A stretch of DNA of 64,000 nt from Candidatus Omnitrophota bacterium. GTDB lineage: Bacteria; Omnitrophota; Gorgyraeia; Zapsychrales; JBAZNR01. Both the position numbers and the translations under genes were made by a program. The notes beneath the pieces were generated by a model that saw only the letters and a program-made list of their open reading frames with translations, ran no database searches and was not told the DNA's origin. Numbering within the stretch: the stretch's first letter is position 1; each line of letters starts with the position of its first letter. Location of the stretch: positions 258,332 through 322,331 of the forward strand of contig JBAZNR010000001.1 in assembly GCA_041649175.1 (NCBI GenBank), written 5' to 3'. Of this stretch, positions 52,501 to 61,500 are shown piece after piece.

Positions 52501-55500
52501 GCGAGGATTAAATCCCGCGCTTGTTAGTTTCTTAAAATCGAAACTCAAAACTATCGGCTGACTGGCATAAATCATACGATAGCCTTCTCCGACAGCACCG
52601 GGAGAAAGAAACGCCGCTACATCTTCTGGTTCATAACCGCTACTGCCCTCTTCGACAAACGGATATATTATTGCGCGCGCATGCATATCGGCAGATGCCG
52701 CTTCAGTAATCAGTTCAACATTCCCTCGGCCAAAAACCCAGCCTTCAGTTTCTAATGCCCTGTCAACAATCGCCGTAATTGTGCCATGATAGAAAATAGG
52801 TTGGAGAGGGGAAAGCGTTTCGTCATTTTCCGCGTCCACCGTCCCCCACGCCAGCGGTAGTGAAAACACAAACAGCATCACAAAAGCAAACGTTCCCTGA
52901 AGTTTATCATCGTGTCCGGTATTTTGAATAATCAAATCCCAGCGAGGGTTTAATTCTCTCATCTGAAGGTCTATAGCCCACCAACGGGAAGCATATTCAT
53001 CGTCGGCTTCTTGGATCCTGTAAGAATTAATTTGGTCTTTCGAAATGCCTTGGCGCTCAAAATATCGTCCATAGGACGCCAAGCGGGAGATGCCTTCCGA
53101 ACGTTCGATCAAGATATGGATATCCGGATCTAAATCGTGATGGTCCAGCCATTTGGGCGCATGGTAACCTTCGACCACGATCACCTTGGCTTCTTCGCGA
53201 TGTTCGTAAGGTAGTAAGAATTCCGGATTTTCTTCACTGTAAACACTGACATGGTGGCGGAGAATTCCATCCAGCTCTCCTTGAGCAATTAAACGGCTTA
53301 AAGTTGTTTTTCCGCGCGCAGGCAATCCGCAGATACTGATCACTACCGGTTCTTCGCCCCTTTCTAATCTCTCCTCGATCATAGCGCTTAATTCTTTTAA
53401 TCCCTCCCAAAGATCATTAGCGCGCCGCGGAGCGGGTTTTCTGGCCCAGACAACCATATTGTGATTCACAACAACGGCAAGATCGGAAAGTTCAAAACCA
53501 TAATCGTCGTCGGTTTCCTGATTAGCGGTGTAAGAGCCGGATCCCACTTCGAGATTTAATTCCTTTCCAACTGCCTTAAGCATCTCTTCGTATTCTTGTG
53601 CCGTCATCGGCTTGATGGATGGATCTCGATTAGTTGCTCCTAAAAAGTTACTGGGCCCTTCATCCATACTGCGATATAGAATAACGATGTATCCGCCCTC
53701 TTCCAAAAGCTCAAAAGCTTGCTTCAAGATTCTCGCCCTGTCTTCCGGAGAATAGAAAAATAGGACGTTAGCAATGGTGATGATATTAAATTTCTCTGCA
53801 ATACCGTTTTGATTCAGCAGATCTTTTATATTGAGAATATCTCCTTCGATAAGCCGGATCTGTGTGTTGGCGCGAAACGGCTCTAATTTTTCTTTTGCCC
53901 ATTTGAGCATTTCACCGGAAATATCCACGCCGACAATTTCGGCGGCGCCGTTTTGCGCAGCCAATTCAGCGACCATCCCGGTTCCCGTCGCCAAGTCCAG
54001 AACTCTACTTCCCTTAACATGATCGAGCGGAACAGCCGCACCAAAAATAGATGCCGCCGCTTTCCTCATTGCCACTTTTACGCCGATATCATAATTCCGC
54101 CGAACGGCAAAACCATCGTATTGTCTTTTGAGGTTTTGCGCGGTAGATAAAGATTCAAGATACGCATCAATGTCTGCTTGTGTTAACGCCGCGGAAAATA
54201 TTTCCCGTTCCCAGCTCATCGTCGAACGCACGAGTCCATCTTGAATACGTTTTATTTTTCTTTCGTCAAAATTAAATCCTTCAAACCCCTGGCCTATTCC
54301 TCGTCGAATTCCGGAAATAAAAATATCTTCCTTATCGCTATTTTCCGGCTTTGCCAAGTTTTCCGCGACACCGCTAACCAAGACAATATGTTCCACAAAC
54401 TCTTCATCAGGATAATGACGGACAAATGCCGCAAACGCTTGTCCTATTTGTTCTGCCATATCATTAACAAATAACATGGTAAATTCATCTTTCGAATTAA
54501 CAGCGTTGCTCATTCCCCTTAAAATGCTATCAACGGCGCGAGCCTTCAATATCTGCTCATCTTCGTTGAGTGAATCTGTAGCGCTAATTAAACGCGATAA
54601 ACTTTCATAGTCGGTAACACCTTCGGGAAGTTCTATATATTGCAAAGCCAAACGATTGTCCCCAACAGCTTCCATAAACGCCGCGGCAATCTTCGGCCCG
54701 CCGAACAGGTCTTCAAAATCAACTCTGCCTTCATGCTCAACGGGATGTTGCCCCTTAGCCGTAAAGCCAACAAATTCCCATTTAAGCGAAGGCAAAGCAA
54801 ATGGCCCATTGTCATGAAAAGTAGCTTCGATAACATGGCCTAATTCTAAGATCTCATTTTCTTGCCCAAAATAGGGTTTTCTGTTTTTCCCGGCTGTTCC
54901 ATTATTTCCGGTCCCTAAAATAAATGCCATACCATCTTGGACTTGCGCCAATCCTCCGCGAGGACTGAATTCTCCCAAGAGAGCCGCTTCGCAATCATTG
55001 TAAACAGCCACTGCAATACGATAACCGTATTGATCATTAAGTTTCTTCTCTAGCACGTCTTTAAGAGGATAATTTTCAAACGGTAAGTTAGCCGCTTTAA
55101 ACGGTGTTCCGACGATGCCGCGATAAGAATCCACAGGACCGGCAAAGGCAATTCCAATTTTTATAACTTTTTTATCCGGCAAGCCGGTGATGATATTTTC
55201 AATTTGAAGCAGAATGCCCTCAATGATATTGTCACTGGTCGCAGATGCCGTGTATTTTTCTTTCCATTTGATAGCGTCCACAGTCGCAATGATATTCCCT
55301 TGTACATCTACCGCCCCGGCGCCGATCTTAGTTCCACCCAAACTGATCCCGACAGATACGACTGAATCTTTTATAGAGAAAAGTGCTCCCATCGGCAAAA
55401 AGGCCGAAAGTTTCTCTGTCTTTTGCCCACTACCATTGTCCTCATCCGAAATGATTTGCTCAGGCCGTCCATCAAAATAAACAGCTTTCCAGTGTAACCC

Positions 55501-58500
55501 GTCGTAAACAACAACGCCCGCGTTACGCCCAAATTCGAGATGTTTTTCAGCCAAAATAATATTGGTATTGATGACCTTGCCATTTTGAGTCCAGCGAATT
55601 TCTTTCGCCTCTTTGTGTCCGACGATCTGCGGCAGTAAAAGATTTTCCGGGGTTAGATTAAGTTCATCATCAAAGTCAGCCCAAATAATACCGCCTGGTT
55701 TATACCCGCTTTGCCCGCGTTTTTTGGGGCCAAAGTGGGCATTGCCGCGCTCAAAAACAATATCGCTAAAATTATTTGCCCTAATCGCCTCTACTAAACG
55801 ACGATTCAACTCTTGGGCAATATCTTCCATCGGCAATAAATTCGGCCGATCATTTATTTTTATGGCAATATCTTCATCGGTTAGTTCTTGCGGATCTTTA
55901 TCAAGTTCCTGGGCAATGAGAAGAATTGATTCCGGATGAAGTTTCTTAAGTAAATGCGCCGTAATATGCGGCAGCATTCCACCATGAACCATTAAGCGGT
56001 CGTGGATATGAAAGGCGGCCACCATTTCACCTGAAAGAATGGAATTTCGCATTTCCGGAATGATTTCAGTGGCTCGCTTATCTTCCGGTTTTCCCTGAAA
56101 ATGCTGGAGCTCATGATTTCCGACAAGCGTTACCAAACTATTAGCCTTTGATAAAGCCTTTCGATGCAGCATGTGCAAATAACGATACAGCTCTTTTTGA
56201 TATTTGCCGCGGTCTAAAATATCCCCGATCACCACAACCGTAACGCCGCACACTTTCCACTCATCATTCATGAAATCGCTTCCAAATTCAATGATGCCAA
56301 GCTTACTTAAGGCATTGCGCACGCCCCACAGCTCTCCGTGGGGGTCACCAATGATAACCGTTGTTACGGCGGCTAAGGTTTGCGCTTCAAGCAATTCCCC
56401 TTCAACTCGAATAATGCCGTCCCCAAAAGTAAGCGAAGCGTTTGTCCATGTTTCTCCTTTATCGGTGGAAAATACCGGCCGGATAGAATATGATCCCGGG
56501 CGGGTCATGAGCACTCTTGCCTTAAAAAGATAGTTATTACCCTCAAATCTTAGGAATTCCAGAGGAGTGAAGGAATATGGGGCTTCATCTTCGAATTTAA
56601 TTTCGAGAGTTGCCGCTATGCTATGAGCAAAAATAGCGTCGTGAAGTTTCCGGGAAACATACGCCTGAGCATAGATCTCTATCATTTGACCGGATACGAC
56701 TTTAACCGTTTTTCCGGAAAATGGGCCGGCATAACTTTGTGCCGCGATATCCAAATTGCCGGCCCAAACAATTGGGGCATGCCCTAAGTCGCGATTAAGA
56801 ATTCGTGCAAAATCAGCAATGGAGAATTCTTCAAGCTGCATTAACTCCCCGGCCAGGTCCAACCGGACCTGGGCCCACTCTCTTAAATTCCATTTTTGGT
56901 GCGCGACCCATGCCCCCTGCAAAAGTTGAGTAACAAGATAAAAATAAACCCTTAATAGAAATAACTTTTCCGCATCCAAGGACAAATCAACTGGGGATAA
57001 ATGAACCGTGCGTTTAGAATATGTTAATCCATATCGCTTTTGATAAGTCGTCAGAAATTCGTGCATCAATTCTTCGATGTGCCCTATCAATAAGGCGTTA
57101 TTTTTTCTGGCATCAATAAGGCCCAACAGCGCGTTGGCTAATTCTTTTGTTGCCGCGTCAAATCCGCCTAATTCAGCATCGATCCAGGCCATCACGTGGC
57201 CGGAGTCGCTATCAACAAACCAATTCCAGGGGAAAGGATCGCCGTGAGTAAGAACTTTTTGCTCACCTAAAACAACGTTGTAAAATTTATTGAAGAAATC
57301 TATAACGGCGGGAGGATGAACCGAGGCAAGGTGCTCTTTGAACTCCGGGTTATCGATCATGCCCATTATTTTGTCTAACAATGTCGCATAATCGCTTCTT
57401 GAGACCGGCTGAGCCGTTGGATAGCTTTTGTGAAGGCGCGCTAAGCCGCCGGCGGCGGAACGTAACGTTGCCTTAACTTTTTCAATATCAGACCGGGGAC
57501 GATGTAAAAAGCCAAATTGACTTATTAACCCTAATCGATTTAAATTCTCCAGAACAAGAGCCCTGGCATTGTCATTGAATAATAGAAGATGGGGGCGCTT
57601 ATACGGATTAGCCTCAACAAAAAAACATTTCTCGGCTTCATAAGCCTTGGGGGCACTTGTTTTGTCCATATAGATCTTAATAATGTATTCCCCCTCTAAG
57701 GCTTCAAAAACAATGCGGCTTTTTACCGAGATCAAAACTCTCCCCTTTAAGTAATTAACTAACTCCGGCAAGCTCATATCACCGGCGGCAAAGAAATTAA
57801 GCAATTCTTCAATGTATTTTAATTCCTCATCTGGACTCTCTTGCTCTTTGACCATCGCCCAAAACCCAAGAGGGAAAAATATTCCGGCAAAACCGTTAAG
57901 AGATTGTCCGTCTTCTTCATCCGACAATAGTTTACCGATCTTGGCTCTTAGCAATCCTACAATCGCGCTATGAAGCTGGGAAATACGGCTTTCTGTTAAA
58001 TTTAACAACCCCCCGATTTCTCTCATGCTCATGCCGTTAAAATAGTATTGTTGAATGATCGTACGGTCCCGGGCGGGAAGCTTTTCAATATATTCACGCA
58101 AAATAGAAACTTTTTCTAAGGCGACAACCCGTTCGTGAATGTCTTCATCCGACGGAAATAATGCTTTTAAAGAATGTAGATCGTTGCCTGTCGTTCTTGA
58201 AATGAAATTATCCAAAGAATCAAATCCGCTTTGACGGGCATAAATAATCGTACGCAGCTCTTCGATCCCGATATGAAGCTCCGCCGCTATGGCTTCTTCC
58301 GTCACATATCCTCCGGAAATAGCAGCCAATTTATCCACCGCTTCATTTAATTTATTGATTTTGGCATACATGCCACGCGGCAAATGATCTTGGGAACGTA
58401 GGAAATCGATGAGCTCTCTTTGAATACAGCCAAAAGCGTAAACTTCAAACGGAACATCTTGGCGGTTATTGAAATCCCTCGCGGCCGTAAACAGCCCAAT

Positions 58501-61500
58501 AGAAGCTACCTGCTTTAATTCTTTGAGCATTTGGGAATCTTGTTGAATTTTTTGGGGTAGTTTTCGATAAATATATCTGGCAACGCGATCGGTAAGATAC
58601 GAATACTTCTTTATCACCTGTCGATATTTGTTTTCTTCTTGGTTTTTCTCGTAAACAGCTTTTTCGCTTTCAAAATGAATGCCATAAGATTTAATTCGCC
58701 ATTGAAGATTTCTTCTCGACAAACCAAGCTCCTGGGATGTTTGATCCTTATCGAATTTATTTTCCTGCAAAGCATTCAATATTTTCTGACGTTTAGCCTT
58801 GAATTTAAACTCCCGATGAATTTTTTTCACATCAATTCTTAGTTTCTTTAAGTACTTATATAAAACTACCTTACCAATATCCAGAAATTCGGCTAACTTA
58901 GGAACATCGCCCTGAAACTGGTTAAGCAAAGCTTTAAGAACTTTCTTTCTTTTCTCTCGGATAGTTCTTCTTACAGGAGCATCGGAACGCAATCCTGATT
59001 TTCTTATATGGCCATATAAAGTCCCTTTTCCGATTTTTAAGAATTCGGCTAACTTAGGAACATTATTCTGGAACTGATCAAGTTGGATCTTAAGGGTTTC
59101 CCTTCTTTTGTCTCGAACAATTTCTCTCACGCGAATGCCGGCGCGCAATAATTCACTATTTAATACGGCCCTGTCGCATTCGAGAAATTCGGCGGTTTTC
59201 GTAATATTCCAGTCATGCTTTTCTAAAAGCTCTAATAATTGTTGTTTTCGCGCTTTTTTATCTTTTCGTTCCAAGGAGAATAACTTATAGCGGCTAAATA
59301 ATAATTCCCGGAGGTAGCCCTCACTCACACCGCGAGCTTCGGCTGTCTTGGCAATATCATCACCGTGCGCTTTAAAGTCTTCACGCAATTGTCTTTTACG
59401 ATTGCGTTGTTTTTTCTCACCCGGACGAATACCATAACGGCTAATCCGAGAACGCAGCGTATGAATGTTAATATTTTCACCTTTGGCTAATTCTTCGGTA
59501 TCCCAATGATATTTGTTGAGTAAACGTAAGAATTCGTTCTTGCGCCGATCTCTTTTTTCTCGTCGCTTAGACCTTGGATGGTTAGGAGATTCTTCTTTTG
59601 TATTTGCAACCATGCCAAACACAGCAAAAGGAAATATAAAGCTATTAAGGGCTTCTGTTTTCTTATTCGGCGAAACAGGTTTTAACCGAATTGCGAACGT
59701 GGTTCCCTCTCCCGGAGTAGATCGCGCGACAAAGATCTCGCCACCCATTCGCTCGATACTACGTCGCGCGCCGCTTAATCCAACACCAGTCCCATCCATG
59801 ACAACTTTCTTGGCCTGATCAGTGCGATAGAAAACTTTAAATACCTTCGCCATATCCTCAGGGGCCATTCCCATACCATTATCGACAACATCAACCCGGA
59901 CCCAAGTTGTTCCGTTATTGTTCTCCTCGGAAATACCGATTTTGACCAAATTACCGCCGTATTTTTTGGCATTTGTCAAAAGTTCGATCATCACCTGCTC
60001 TAATTTCTCCTGATCTATTAATACCGGCATGCGTTGCTGAAGAATATCAACAATAAATAATGGATCGTGTACAACAGCTTCTCCTGAGGTTTTGACATGG
60101 TTCTTAAGAAAAATCCTTGGCAGCCATGAAGCTAAATTAACATCCTTTATAACAACGGCCGGCTCAACGATCTTTCCGGAAACTAGATCATGCAGTCTTG
60201 TCGTTAAAAGCATGAAAGTTTCATAGGAAGATTTTTGTTGTTCTTCTGCTTCCACCTCCGGGATCCGTGATGAGTCCAGCAAATCCCGTGTTGCGTTAAT
60301 AAAAGTAGTCAAGGAATAGTACGTCACTCTCAGGCGCTTAGTCTTTTGCCCAATATCAATACGCAAAATGATCTCTTCTCTTGTAACTCGAGCGAGGTCT
60401 TCCATAAGCTGATTGAGAGACCCGCTATGAACCGATAAAGCTTGCATTCGATATTGCTGTTCTTCGCCGGGAACTGCGTCTAGATCCAAACGGGAAAGAG
60501 CCCCTAACATGCTTTTTAAGAATTGAGACAGGATGTCGATCTCATTTTCTCTTAGCATGCTGAGATCTTGTTCGCCGTATTCCTGTAATAGGCTCCCCTT
60601 TCTTTCTACTAAACCTTGCCAATCTTGTGTTTGGTTCATGAATTCCCGGGAAACAAGCTGAAGTTTTGCCAATATATCGACAAATTCTGGAAAACGCTTG
60701 GCGGCTTCATAAAGCCCTGATAGATAATTACGAATATCATGAACGGTTTCCACGATATTGTGGGCGTTACGGCTCATATTCAATGTATTCTCAACACTCG
60801 CGTCTAAATTAAGCCGGTCCATCACCAGCGTAACTAATTGCGCTATCATCAAAATGTATTTCGTTTTAAGCTGTTGGTCTTCTTCGCTATAAAACAAAGG
60901 CTGGGAAACGGATAGATCGGCCGATGAGGCGGCTATTTGCCAATTATCCATCATCAGGATGTAAGAAATTTCTCCGCTAAACGCGTCAATAATACCGATA
61001 TGAAACACCTCTTCTACGCGCCCCGCGTGCTTACCGCCGAAATGAACGCGGTCGGATTCAAACATAAGCCTATCAACAAAATGTTCATCATCCATTAGCC
61101 CATTGTCGCCGATAAAATGATCACTGCGTTTCTTGGTATGCAATAAAAGCGGCTTCCCCTGAGCGTTCATGCGCTCAAAAGTATTGAGCGCTCTTAATTT
61201 CTCATCGCTGGAATCAGAAAATACTTCTTTGTGACGGCTGGGGCGAAATCCACCGCGCGAGGCATCCAAAACATGGCTGACCTGCCAAACATTGTCAATT
61301 TTTCTAACCTTGTAAAGCCTAGCCCGGCCGATGTGCAGGACTTGAATGATCGCTTTACTAAAGATATCCTCCACTTTTTCTTTGTGTTTAACGGAGAAAA
61401 GGGCTACCGCCAATTGAATGAGATTTCCCACATGCCAACGCGACGGCGAATAATCGACCAAGTTGCGCACGGCTGCCCCTGAGAATAAAACATCGAAAGA

